From positions 6,577 to 70,576 of the forward strand of contig JAZRDN010000030.1 in NCBI GenBank assembly GCA_045660295.1: a DNA stretch of 64,000 nt, read 5' to 3'. The DNA is from Eubacteriales bacterium (GTDB lineage Bacteria > Bacillota > Clostridia > Oscillospirales > CAG-272). The notes under the pieces are model-generated. The model saw only the letters and a list, made by a program, of their open reading frames with translations. It had not been told where the DNA came from and did not search any database. Positions 48,365-57,507 of the stretch are shown here, piece by piece (the stretch's first letter is position 1; each line of letters opens with the position of its first letter). A program made the position numbers and the translations under genes.

Positions 48365-49705
48365 ATGGAAAACAAAACTTCGCAAACAGTTCCAAGAAGA
48401 ATACTGTCATCTCTTATAACCTCGGTTTCTGCAGGCGTTGTTCCGCGTTCGGGAGCGCCTTATATGGCTATAGGAAGAAACGACGAAATCTCCGCATTGC
48501 TTGACGATCTTGAAAAAATAAGCGTGGGCGAGGGAAGAATGCGTTTCATAATAGGTAGATATGGAAGCGGAAAGAGCTTTCTTATCCAGCTCGTACGAGG
48601 ATACGCTCTTGAAAAGAATTTCATTACGTCGGACGCCGATCTTTCTCCCGAGCGAAGACTTTACGGTACTAACGGAAGCGGTCTTGCCACGTACAGGGAG
48701 CTTATCAAAAACATGGCGTCCAAGTCCTCGCCTGATGGGGGCGCACTTTCAAAAATCATATCAAAATGGATCGCAGGGCTTCGCGCCGAGCTTCTTGACA
48801 GCGGTATAAACGAGGACTCCCCCCTTTTTATGACCGAACTTCACCGCGCGGTGTCGTTAGCGATGAGGGATATTGAATTTCTTGTCGGCGGCTTTGACTT
48901 TTCCAAAACGGTAACCGAATTTTATCGCGCCTACATGGAAGGGGATGACGAAAAGCAAAGCGCTTGTCTGCGCTGGCTAAGAGGAGAGTTCAGTACAAAG
49001 ACTGAGGCTAAGCAGGCTCTCGGATATAACGTATCAACTATCGTAAACGATGACAACTGGTACGATTATATCAAGCTTTGGGCGGCGCTCGTCCGAAAAA
49101 TGGGTTACAGAGGTCTTGTGATTTTCATAGACGAGTGTGTAAATCTTTACAAGATACCCAACCGAGTAAGCCGCGAAAACAACTACGAAAAGATTCTTTC
49201 CATGTTCAACGATACCTTGCAGGGGCACGCCGAGGGTTTGGCTATCGTGTTTGGCGGAACTCCTCAGTTTCTTGACGACACAAGGCGCGGGCTTTTCAGC
49301 TACGAGGCTCTCAGAAGCCGTCTCTGTGACAGCAAGTATGAGATTGCGGGAGTTAAAAACCTAAACAATCCTATAATCAGACTTGTTCGTTTGAGCGACA
49401 ATGAGCTTTTCGCGCTTCTCAAACGAATAACAGATTTGTTTTATCAGTATTATTCCTGCGAACTCAATATCACAGACGAAAATATAGCCGATTTTCTTAA
49501 AATAAATATGCAAAAAGCAGGCGCTGACTCTATGGTGACTCCTCGTGAAATGATAAGAGACTACATGACTGTGCTTAATATTTTGCTTCAAAACCCGAGT
49601 GTTAATTTTGATACTATCGTCAAATCCCAGAACAACGATAGTACCGAGCAGGAAAAGACAAAATCACAAATAAAAACAATTTCCGCAGACGATATAATTT
49701 TTTAG
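48365..49705 (+). CDS. DUF2791/BrxC-BrxD-like P-loop ATPase (Shango SngB-like)
   Basis: The ATG at 48365 is 10 nt after the upstream stop. Walker A GRYGSGKS lies at nt 48554-48577 and Walker B is GLVIFIDE. The N-terminal RRILSSLITSVSAGVVPRSG region is typical of this family as I remember it. Confidence 0.75.
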   Translation: MENKTSQTVPRRILSSLITSVSAGVVPRSGAPYMAIGRNDEISALLDDLEKISVGEGRMRFIIGRYGSGKSFLIQLVRGYALEKNFITSDADLSPERRLYGTNGSGLATYRELIKNMASKSSPDGGALSKIISKWIAGLRAELLDSGINEDSPLFMTELHRAVSLAMRDIEFLVGGFDFSKTVTEFYRAYMEGDDEKQSACLRWLRGEFSTKTEAKQALGYNVSTIVNDDNWYDYIKLWAALVRKMGYRGLVIFIDECVNLYKIPNRVSRENNYEKILSMFNDTLQGHAEGLAIVFGGTPQFLDDTRRGLFSYEALRSRLCDSKYEIAGVKNLNNPIIRLVRLSDNELFALLKRITDLFYQYYSCELNITDENIADFLKINMQKAGADSMVTPREMIRDYMTVLNILLQNPSVNFDTIVKSQNNDSTEQEKTKSQIKTISADDIIF

Positions 49706-49715
49706 GGGATAAACG

Positions 49716-51944
49716 ATGAATAAAGCCGAGCAACTTTTTGAAAGATTTCCCGACTATATAAAAAATTTCATATACGAAAACTCATGGACTGCATTGCGTG
49801 ACGTTCAAATAGCGGCGGCAGAATCTATTTTTGAAAGCGAAAACAATCTGCTTTTGTCATCTTCGACTGCCAGCGGAAAAACCGAAGCAGCGTTTTTTCC
49901 AATACTCACAACTCTTTGCGAAGATCCGTCAAGTAGTATTGCGGTAATCTATATCGCCCCCATAAAAAGCCTTATAAACGACCAGTTTGAAAGGCTTGAT
50001 CTATTACTTGAGGAAAGCGAAATCCCCGTGTTTCATTGGCACGGAGACGTTTCGCCCGCTCACAAGCGCAAACTACTCCAAGACCCACGCGGAATACTTC
50101 AAATCACCCCCGAATCCCTGGAGTCAATGCTTATCAACCGTTCTAACGATATCGTAAGGCTTTTCCATGACTTACGGTATATCGTAATTGACGAGATACA
50201 CACGCTTATCGGAAGCGATCGCGGGAACCAGGTAATATGCCAGCTTCAGCGAATCTCAAGACTCATCGGTCATTCGCCGCGCAGAATCGGTTTGTCCGCA
50301 ACCATAGGCGATACGGAGGCGGTAGGGAAGTGGCTTTCCTTGGGAAGCGGACGGGGAATTGATATCCCGATAATTCCGCAAACCAAATTGACGTGGCGTT
50401 TGGGGCTTGAGCATTTCTTTATACAAAACAAAAGCTTTTCTCAATCCTCGCCGGAGTTAACTCGCTCCACGGAAAATACAGCGACATTTGATGCGGGATT
50501 TGAGTATATGTATGACTGTGTAAACCATAAGAAGGCACTTGTTTTCTCAAATTCGAGAGAAGAAACCGAATATGTCACCGCTACCTTTCGCCAGATTGCC
50601 AAGGCGCGCCGCGATGCCGATATTTTTCTTATTCATCACGGCAATCTTTCAGCAAGTCTGCGTGAGGAAGCCGAGGCGAAAATGAAAGAAGAACTTCCCG
50701 CCGTCACCTGTGCTACCGTAACGATGGAGCTGGGAATTGACATCGGAAAGCTCGAGCGAATACTCCAATACAACTCTCCTCATAGCGTTTCAGCGTTTCT
50801 TCAACGTCTCGGACGCTCGGGGCGGCGTGGAACCCCACCCGAGATGATGATGGTGTTTCGCGAGGACGAACCTCTGCCTAACGCTCCCTTGCCTCAGCTT
50901 ATTCCATGGGAGCTTATACGCGCCATTGCCGTAATTCAGTTATATATTGAGGAACGATTTATCGAGCCGCCCATAGTCAAAAAAATGCCTATAAGTCTTT
51001 TGTTCCACCAGACGTTAAGCATTCTCTCCTCCGGCGGAGAGCGAACGCCCAAGGAGCTTGCGGAGATGATTCTCGCCTTGCCGCCGTTTGCAAATATCGA
51101 AAAAGAGGACTACCGCGAGTTGCTTGTCTCTATGATAAACAATGAATTTCTCGAATTCACCGACGAAGGCGGTCTTATAGTGGGTATGGAAGGCGAAAAG
51201 ATAATAAACAGCTTCAAATTCTATGCGGTTTTCAAAGATAGCGAGGACTTTACAGTTCGCTGCGCGTCTGATGAAATCGGAACCATAACCACTCCGCCAC
51301 CCGTTGGCGACAGGTTGGCTCTCGCGGGCAGAGTTTGGGAGGTTGAGGAACTTGATACCTCACGCCGACTGGTATACGTACATCAAGTGGATGGAAAAAT
51401 GGAAGTCTCTTGGCCCGGTGATTACGGTGAGATACACACGAAAATTCTTGAAAGAATGAAACGCGTGCTCGAGGAAGATACTGTTTATCCTTATCTCAAG
51501 GAAAACGCGCGTCACCGTCTCGACGTTGCGAGAACTCTCGTCAAAAACACAAAAATCAAAGACAGAAATCTTGTAAGCCTGGGCGGATATACAAAATGTT
51601 TATTCCCATGGCTTGGCACAAAATCATTCCGCACACTGGTGAGATATTTGAAATTCAAAGCACAGGAGCTTGGAATAAGCAATATTTCCTATGACGGCTG
51701 TAATTATATTACCTTCCGTTTGGATAAGTGTGATGAAAAGACATTTTGCAGACTTTTGATGCAGGATATCGAAAGCCGAGGAATTAATTGTAGAAATTTA
51801 GTAGGAAGCGGCGAAACGCCTATAACAGACAAATACGACATTTATATTCCTACAAATCTGCTTCAAAAGGCATACGCCACCGACAAGCTGGATGAAAAAG
51901 AAGTAATCGAACGAATAAAAGCATTATATAACCAATTTAATTAA
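49716..51944 (+). CDS. Superfamily-2 DEAH-box helicase, Lhr-like (Shango SngC-like)
   Basis: Helicase motifs are I TASGKT (GKT at nt 49875-49883), Ia YIAPIKSLINDQ, II VIDEIHTL, III LSATIGD and VI FLQRLGRSGRRG. About 310 aa follow the core. The start is 10 nt after the upstream stop. Confidence 0.85.
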   Translation: MNKAEQLFERFPDYIKNFIYENSWTALRDVQIAAAESIFESENNLLLSSSTASGKTEAAFFPILTTLCEDPSSSIAVIYIAPIKSLINDQFERLDLLLEESEIPVFHWHGDVSPAHKRKLLQDPRGILQITPESLESMLINRSNDIVRLFHDLRYIVIDEIHTLIGSDRGNQVICQLQRISRLIGHSPRRIGLSATIGDTEAVGKWLSLGSGRGIDIPIIPQTKLTWRLGLEHFFIQNKSFSQSSPELTRSTENTATFDAGFEYMYDCVNHKKALVFSNSREETEYVTATFRQIAKARRDADIFLIHHGNLSASLREEAEAKMKEELPAVTCATVTMELGIDIGKLERILQYNSPHSVSAFLQRLGRSGRRGTPPEMMMVFREDEPLPNAPLPQLIPWELIRAIAVIQLYIEERFIEPPIVKKMPISLLFHQTLSILSSGGERTPKELAEMILALPPFANIEKEDYRELLVSMINNEFLEFTDEGGLIVGMEGEKIINSFKFYAVFKDSEDFTVRCASDEIGTITTPPPVGDRLALAGRVWEVEELDTSRRLVYVHQVDGKMEVSWPGDYGEIHTKILERMKRVLEEDTVYPYLKENARHRLDVARTLVKNTKIKDRNLVSLGGYTKCLFPWLGTKSFRTLVRYLKFKAQELGISNISYDGCNYITFRLDKCDEKTFCRLLMQDIESRGINCRNLVGSGETPITDKYDIYIPTNLLQKAYATDKLDEKEVIERIKALYNQFN

Positions 51945-51950
51945 AATTAT

Positions 51951-51978
51951 GGAGTTGTGTAAAAGCAACTCCATTTTC
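51951..51978 (+). terminator. Terminator of the three-gene operon
   Basis: GGAGTTG-TGTAAAAG-CAACTCC followed by ATTTTCGTT, 7 nt after the helicase stop. Confidence 0.55.
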
Positions 51979-52052
51979 GTTATAAAATACCTTGTTTTGA
52001 TTTTAAATATCTATAAAAAATAATAATGAAATCAAAACACAGAGGTTACACA

Positions 52053-52823
52053 ATGAACAAAATGCTTAAATTTGTGCTATGTATTTTGCTGACATTTGGC
52101 TTTTGGACTTTAGCGACTTCCGCTGAATCGAGCGGAACCTTCAGTTGGTACTGTAAAAGGAACACCGAACACCGTCAACCCGAAATTGACAGCGAAATGC
52201 GTTTTATAGAGGACTATAATGGATATTATGTAGACAAAAAATGCGTAGAAAATAACGAAAAGGTAGTTTATCTTACGTTTGACGTTGGTTATGAAAACGG
52301 AAACGTTGAAAAAATCATGGACATTCTTCGTGATGAGAAAATAAACGGCAGCTTCTTTATCCTTGAGAACGTTTTATTAAAAAACACTGATTTGGTTAAA
52401 CGAATGGTGAATGAGGGCGACCTTGTGTGCAATCACACCGCGAATCATAATGATATAAGCGAAATGAGCCTTGAGGAGCTGAAAATCGAGCTTGAGACAA
52501 TGGAAAAACTATTTAAAGAAAAGATTGGCAGAGAAATGCCAAAATATTTTAGACCGCCGGAAGGCAAATTTTCGCTTGACAGTATGAAATATGCTTCGGA
52601 GTTAGGATACAAAACTGTATTCTGGAGCTTTGCGTACGCCGATTGGGATAACAACAATCAAATGTCTTATGAAAAAGCCATGGAAAAGGTAATGTCAAAC
52701 ACCCACAACGGCGCAATAATGCTTTTTCACCCAACCTCCGAAACCAACGTAAAAATTCTTCCAAATGTTATAAAAGCGCTCAAAAAGCAAGGATATCGCT
52801 TTAAAACTCTTGAACACCTGTAA
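52053..52823 (+). CDS. Polysaccharide deacetylase, PdaA-like (delta-lactam-biosynthetic de-N-acetylase type)
   Basis: The ATG at 52053 follows AGAGG. A signal peptide is present, with NodB motifs LTFDVGYENG, HTANH, RPPEG and LFHP. Confidence 0.8.
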   Translation: MNKMLKFVLCILLTFGFWTLATSAESSGTFSWYCKRNTEHRQPEIDSEMRFIEDYNGYYVDKKCVENNEKVVYLTFDVGYENGNVEKIMDILRDEKINGSFFILENVLLKNTDLVKRMVNEGDLVCNHTANHNDISEMSLEELKIELETMEKLFKEKIGREMPKYFRPPEGKFSLDSMKYASELGYKTVFWSFAYADWDNNNQMSYEKAMEKVMSNTHNGAIMLFHPTSETNVKILPNVIKALKKQGYRFKTLEHL

Positions 52824-52830
52824 AACAGAT

Positions 52831-52856
52831 AACCTCCCGCGAAAAAGCGGGAGGTT
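52831..52856. terminator. Bidirectional rho-independent terminator
   Basis: AACCTCCCGC-GAAAAA-GCGGGAGGTT lies between convergent genes. Confidence 0.75.
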
Positions 52857-52859
52857 GAT

Positions 52860-53768
52860 TTATTCACCGGCAGGTTGTACTGGGTCTATCATGTATTTTT
52901 GGATTATAGGATAAGCCGCGTATGCGGTAGTAAACATAGGTATAATAGGCAAATAAAGAATAGGCAAAATAATTCCAAGCGGTAAATAAGTAAATATCAA
53001 CGCCACGTTAAGTCCCAACAAAACGACCGTCCACAGTATCGCCAACAGATTGCGCTTGATGCCAAGCACAACAAATATAAACGCGTTTTTGAAAATTTTT
53101 CTTATCTTCATATCAAATGTAACAAGCATCAGATAAATATAAAAGCGCATTATAAAGTAAATTATAGCGATAGCTATTATCGCTATGTACATAAAGTCAC
53201 CGAAAAAGCTCATCGGCAAAAGATCCATAGAGGTAAAATCAATATAAAATATGGCTATAACAACAAAATCAATAATACCCACAAGAATTCCTTGCTTGAA
53301 ATTTCGCTTTATGGCGTGCTTCATATCCGCAAAAATAAATACAGGGTTTCCCGTTACCATTTCGCGCATAAGATAGGTCAGACCTACATTCCAAAGGCCA
53401 AAAGTAAGCGCGAAGAATATTACAAGAAGCGCCAGAATAACGATAGTCCACACAGAAAAATAGGGAGCGTGATATTGAAGCGCGGTTGCCGAAAATAGCG
53501 AGAAATCAGCCGGAGTCGCTGTTCCGAAGTCCGCAACGCCTTGAAGCACAGGGAACATTGCGTTAGTTATCGTAGGTGTTGTATCAGCCCAAAACCTAAC
53601 AAGAAATGCCGCAAGCAGCGGTGCAAACTGCAATATCGCAAGAAGATTTATCGATATCAGCTTAGCAAGCTTACGCCACAGGGATTTAAAATAAAATTTT
53701 AAATTTGGTGTGGTGTCCTCGGCAAATTCAACGCCGATATCATCCTTTTTGAAGTTAAAGAATTTCAT
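52860..53768 (-). CDS. YesL/DUF624-like integral membrane protein
   Basis: 302 aa with about 6 TM helices. The N-terminal FKSLWRKLAKLISINLL pattern resembles the DUF624 family. Confidence 0.55.
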   Translation of the reverse strand: MKFFNFKKDDIGVEFAEDTTPNLKFYFKSLWRKLAKLISINLLAILQFAPLLAAFLVRFWADTTPTITNAMFPVLQGVADFGTATPADFSLFSATALQYHAPYFSVWTIVILALLVIFFALTFGLWNVGLTYLMREMVTGNPVFIFADMKHAIKRNFKQGILVGIIDFVVIAIFYIDFTSMDLLPMSFFGDFMYIAIIAIAIIYFIMRFYIYLMLVTFDMKIRKIFKNAFIFVVLGIKRNLLAILWTVVLLGLNVALIFTYLPLGIILPILYLPIIPMFTTAYAAYPIIQKYMIDPVQPAGE

Positions 53769-53884
53769 TTTATAACAACCTTTTTCATAAATTCGTAAAA
53801 TTGACTTATTCAGTATAGCACAAATATTTTAATAAATCAAGAATAAGTATTAAATAAACAGATATTTTTACAGATTTTGCGCTT

Positions 53885-54670
53885 TCAATCACGGTTTTGC
53901 CTGTATATCTCATACACCATAATAGTCGCTGCCGAAGCGGCGGAAAGGGAACCGCGAAACTCCCGACCGTACTCCACACGTGCCACAACATCGGCCTGTG
54001 ACTCAATGACGCTTGATATGCCGCGTTTTTCTCCTCCCACAATAAGGAAAATCGGTTTTTTCATATCAGCGTCGTACATTGACACTGAATTTCTGATGCC
54101 CGAACAAATTATTTTATAACCCTTGTTTCTAAAAATTGCAATCGCTTCATCAGGAGCGGCAATATACATATCTATAAGCTCCGAAGCTCCGGCGGATGAT
54201 TTTGCTACTATCCCCGCCACGTTCATCCAGTTTCTCGGGGTCAGTATCACCCCATCAGCACCGGCGGCATAAATAGAACGTACCGAATACCCAAAATTAT
54301 AAGGATCCTCGATTCCGTCAAGCATAACGTATACACCATCCGCCTTAATTTTTTCGACTTTTTCCGCCAAAAAGGGAATTTTGTGCGGGTTGCAAAGCGC
54401 AATAATGCCGCCATGTGTGTTTCCCGTGGTTAATTTATCAATTTCATCAGCGTTTGAATATACGATATCAAAGCCAAGTTCAGTAGATTTGTGCTTTAAA
54501 AAGGCTATCTCACGTGATTTTGACTTTACTTTAGCCTCGTCAATTATAACTTTGTTAATTTTTTGACAATCATCTCTTTCCTCGCATTTTTTGATAATTG
54601 CCGATATAGAGGTCATACCTTCAAAAATATTGCCGTCAAAACAGGTAAGATAGGTTTCTTTTTTTGCCAT
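53885..54670 (-). CDS. TrmH/SpoU-family RNA 2'-O-methyltransferase (RlmB-like)
   Basis: SpoU motifs LDGIEDPYNFGYSVRSIYAAGADGVIL, LIVGGEKRGIS and SLSAASAATIMVYE are present. Confidence 0.85.
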   Translation of the reverse strand: MAKKETYLTCFDGNIFEGMTSISAIIKKCEERDDCQKINKVIIDEAKVKSKSREIAFLKHKSTELGFDIVYSNADEIDKLTTGNTHGGIIALCNPHKIPFLAEKVEKIKADGVYVMLDGIEDPYNFGYSVRSIYAAGADGVILTPRNWMNVAGIVAKSSAGASELIDMYIAAPDEAIAIFRNKGYKIICSGIRNSVSMYDADMKKPIFLIVGGEKRGISSVIESQADVVARVEYGREFRGSLSAASAATIMVYEIYRQNRD

Positions 54671-54748
54671 AAATATATTCCTTTGGTAATAAAATTAAAT
54701 AAACTCTCATAGAATGTAACAAATAAACTTACAGAAAGAATTGATGAC

Positions 54749-55015
54749 ATGGTTTACATATCAGAATCTAAAGAAAGATGTATAACGCTTGGCGAGTATT
54801 TGGTTGCCAACAAAGCCACTGTACGCGCCGTGGCGCAAAAATTCGGCGTCAGCAAAAGTACAGTCCATAAGGACATCACCCAAATTTTAAAAAGACACGA
54901 TAAAAACCTCTATAAGGAGGTAAAGGAAGTATTGGAGCAAAATAAATCGGAACGCCACCTGAGAGGCGGCGAAGCCACGAGAATAAAATATGAAAAGCTA
55001 AGCGGCAATTTATAA
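54749..55015 (+). CDS. spoIIID: Sporulation transcriptional regulator SpoIIID
   Basis: 88 aa containing ERCITLGEYLVANKATVRAVAQKFGVSKSTVHKDI, the hallmark SpoIIID HTH. Confidence 0.85.
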   Translation: MVYISESKERCITLGEYLVANKATVRAVAQKFGVSKSTVHKDITQILKRHDKNLYKEVKEVLEQNKSERHLRGGEATRIKYEKLSGNL

Positions 55016-55093
55016 GTACCACACATAATTTAAATTCAATTAATAGATATCAGCAACGGAAGAAATACCAGAAATATTCAATTTTTAATAATC

Positions 55094-55156
55094 AAGGCTA
55101 AATCTATGCTTAAATCGATAGGATTATCGAAATAACGCTGTTTTTAGCCTTTTTTG
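55094..55156 (+). terminator. Possible structured terminator after spoIIID
   Basis: The outer stem is AAGGCTAAA...TTTAGCCTT, the inner stem is TCGATA-GGAT-TATCGA, and TTTTT follows. Confidence 0.4.
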
Positions 55157-55256
55157 CACCCCGAATTATACAAAATTTGCATTTTGTATAATTGCTTGTG
55201 TGTAATCAAGAATAACTCCCTTTACCCGCCTATAGATACAAATCACCTTTTATTAA

Positions 55257-55781
55257 TTACAGCTTCTTCTCCAAGCAAACCAATCTGAAATTTCCGATAC
55301 CGTTGAATTCGCTGACAACTATACCAACTTCGTTGTATCCTAATTTTTTGTACAACGCTCTTGCTATATGATTCTTTTCCCACGTATCTATGCGAAGATA
55401 ACGACAGCCATTTTCGAGCGAGTATTGCTCATAAAATTTCATAAATTTTGTACCATAGCCGTTGCGCTTCACCCTCGGAGACACCGCCAAGGTGTGCAAA
55501 ACCATTATTTCGGCATCGGGGGCCGAATGTTTCCAATTCACGTCAGCATATTCATCAAGCTGTACATGATTTATACGGGAAGATGCAACTATGACGCCGT
55601 TGTCTTCTTCAACGAACATCTCACCGGCCTCGATGGCATTTTGGGCGGTGCTTTTTGTAGGGTACACTCCCCTTTTCCACCCGATACTTGCGGAGCTATT
55701 CTGGTTTTCCTGCTCGGTGTGCAGTTCATCGTATATTTCAACTATTCTGTCGAGGTCGTTCAAAACGGCTTTTCTAAACAT
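55257..55781 (-). CDS. GNAT family N-acetyltransferase
   Basis: 174 aa with the acetyl-CoA binding motif LAVSPRVKRNGYGTKFM. Confidence 0.8.
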   Translation of the reverse strand: MFRKAVLNDLDRIVEIYDELHTEQENQNSSASIGWKRGVYPTKSTAQNAIEAGEMFVEEDNGVIVASSRINHVQLDEYADVNWKHSAPDAEIMVLHTLAVSPRVKRNGYGTKFMKFYEQYSLENGCRYLRIDTWEKNHIARALYKKLGYNEVGIVVSEFNGIGNFRLVCLEKKL

Positions 55782-55954
55782 AGCAACTCCTTAGTGGATC
55801 AACACTTTTTTATAATTATATCACTTTTAGGTATATACATCAAGAGCTTTTTTGTTTTTATTTGGTCAAAAGCATCGAGAATTTACAGTTTGTTTATAAA
55901 AAATCGAACAATATGTGGTATAATCATAATAATAATTTATTTCGGAGGCTTATC

Positions 55955-56380
55955 ATGGCAATTAAAATGCGTTTCCTTTACTACTCCAAGCAAAAAAAGA
56001 TGAAAGCGCTCGGAGAGCTTATCAAGCAGGAGTTCCAGCTTGACAACATCAATGCTTTTGACATTATTCCCCCTGCATATTCTTGCGAGAAAGAACGTCT
56101 TGTTATTCTCGGTATATCCACCAAGGGCGATCTTGACGACACTGTAAGACGCTTCTGCAGCGAGCTCAACCCCAAGAAGGCTACCAACGTTGCGGTTGTG
56201 ATTGACGGTAACGAGGCGGGCGCAAGCAAGGTTCTCGAGGCTCTTAAGATAGCAGGCACAAACATAGCAGGCGACGTTCAGTACCTCACATGCGGACTCT
56301 TCAACACGAAGCTTTCCGATGAGGAAAAGACAAACCTTCTTGCGTGGGCTCGCGACATCGTTGATAACAAGCTTGTTTAA
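55955..56380 (+). CDS. Hypothetical protein (141 aa)
   Basis: The ATG at 55955 is 6 nt after GGAGG, and an extended -10 (TGGTATAAT) lies upstream. I recognise no motif. The track start at 55862 was rejected. Confidence 0.5.
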   Translation: MAIKMRFLYYSKQKKMKALGELIKQEFQLDNINAFDIIPPAYSCEKERLVILGISTKGDLDDTVRRFCSELNPKKATNVAVVIDGNEAGASKVLEALKIAGTNIAGDVQYLTCGLFNTKLSDEEKTNLLAWARDIVDNKLV

Positions 56381-56392
56381 TTACATATTATT

Positions 56393-56426
56393 AAAACTAC
56401 AGCCGAAATCGGCTGTAGTTTTTTTG
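56393..56426. terminator. Bidirectional rho-independent terminator
   Basis: AAAACTACAGCC-GAAATC-GGCTGTAGTTTTTTT lies between convergent genes. Confidence 0.8.
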
Positions 56427-56432
56427 CGGATA

Positions 56433-57494
56433 TTATTCAGCTGAAAATGCGTAAACCGTCGTATAATCGTAGGTTTCGCCTACATCGAGAGTAACGTCGG
56501 TAAAGTTGGAGTGATTTATAGCATCGGGCATGTGCTGTGTTTCAAGACAAAGCGCCATTTGCTTTTTCTTTACACAACCGCCCTTAAAGGGATATCCGTC
56601 GTCCTCAAGGAAGTTACCTGTATAAAGCTGAACGCAGGGCTGATTTGTGTACATTTTCATAACTCTGCCCGACTTGGGGTCCTTGAGCGTTGCGCGCAGA
56701 ACAGGTTCCTTGCTCTCTCCGCCCGTAAAGTTGAAGCAGTGGTCATAACCTCCCGCGATCTTGAGGTCAACATTGTCAGCGTCTATCTCGTCACCAACGA
56801 GCTTGCCCATTCTGAAATCAAACGGTGTTCCGTCAACCGAGGCTATCTCGCCGGTGGGAATAAGACGCGAATCTGTCTTGATATAGGATTCGGCATCCAT
56901 TTCAAGATAATGTCCCTTCACGCAACCGCTTGCGTAACCGCCAAGATTAAAGTAAGCATGGTTTGTGAGGTTAAGAATAGTCTTTTTATCGGTGGTAGCC
57001 TGATATCTGATAGAAAGTGCGTTATCGGCTGTAAGCACGTACGTAACCTTAACGGAAAGTGTTCCGGGATAACCCTCCTCGCCATCAGGAGATACGTATT
57101 CAAGCTCAAGCGCGGGAGAATTGCCGTCAATAGGTGTTGCCTTCCAAATCTTTTTATCAAAGCCAACCTTGCCGCCGTGAAGATGGTTTACGGCATTATT
57201 GTTGCAGAAAAGTGAATATTCCTTGCCGTCAAGAGTAAACTTACCCTTGCAAATACGGTTGCCGAAGCGGCCTATAAGCGCGCCTTGATAGCCCGAAGCC
57301 TTTATGTAATAGTCAACATTATCATAACCGCCGATAACGTCTGTGAGTCTTCCCTCTTTGTCAGACACGTTTATCTGATTGATGATTCCCCCAAGGTCGA
57401 GTATCTTTACAGACATTCCGTTGTTGTTTTCGAGTGTGTAAGCATATACGTCGCTTCCGCACGCAAGCGTACCGAATTTCTTCTTTGTAATCAT
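56433..57494 (-). CDS. galM: Aldose 1-epimerase (galactose mutarotase)
   Basis: It has the typical length and motifs (NHLHGG, LTNHAYFNL, ETQHMPDA). The ATG at 57494 follows GAGGAAGG. The track start at 57515 overlaps galE and was rejected. Confidence 0.85.
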   Translation of the reverse strand: MITKKKFGTLACGSDVYAYTLENNNGMSVKILDLGGIINQINVSDKEGRLTDVIGGYDNVDYYIKASGYQGALIGRFGNRICKGKFTLDGKEYSLFCNNNAVNHLHGGKVGFDKKIWKATPIDGNSPALELEYVSPDGEEGYPGTLSVKVTYVLTADNALSIRYQATTDKKTILNLTNHAYFNLGGYASGCVKGHYLEMDAESYIKTDSRLIPTGEIASVDGTPFDFRMGKLVGDEIDADNVDLKIAGGYDHCFNFTGGESKEPVLRATLKDPKSGRVMKMYTNQPCVQLYTGNFLEDDGYPFKGGCVKKKQMALCLETQHMPDAINHSNFTDVTLDVGETYDYTTVYAFSAE

Positions 57495-57507
57495 TTTTCT
57501 TCCTTCC

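Noticed and set aside
55164-55193. A perfect 13-bp AT-rich palindrome, AATTATACAAAAT-TTGC-ATTTTGTATAATT, between spoIIID and the GNAT gene.
   Set aside because: It lies between convergent genes next to another hairpin. It is most simply an AT-rich terminator or spacer hairpin, and nothing ties it to a regulator.
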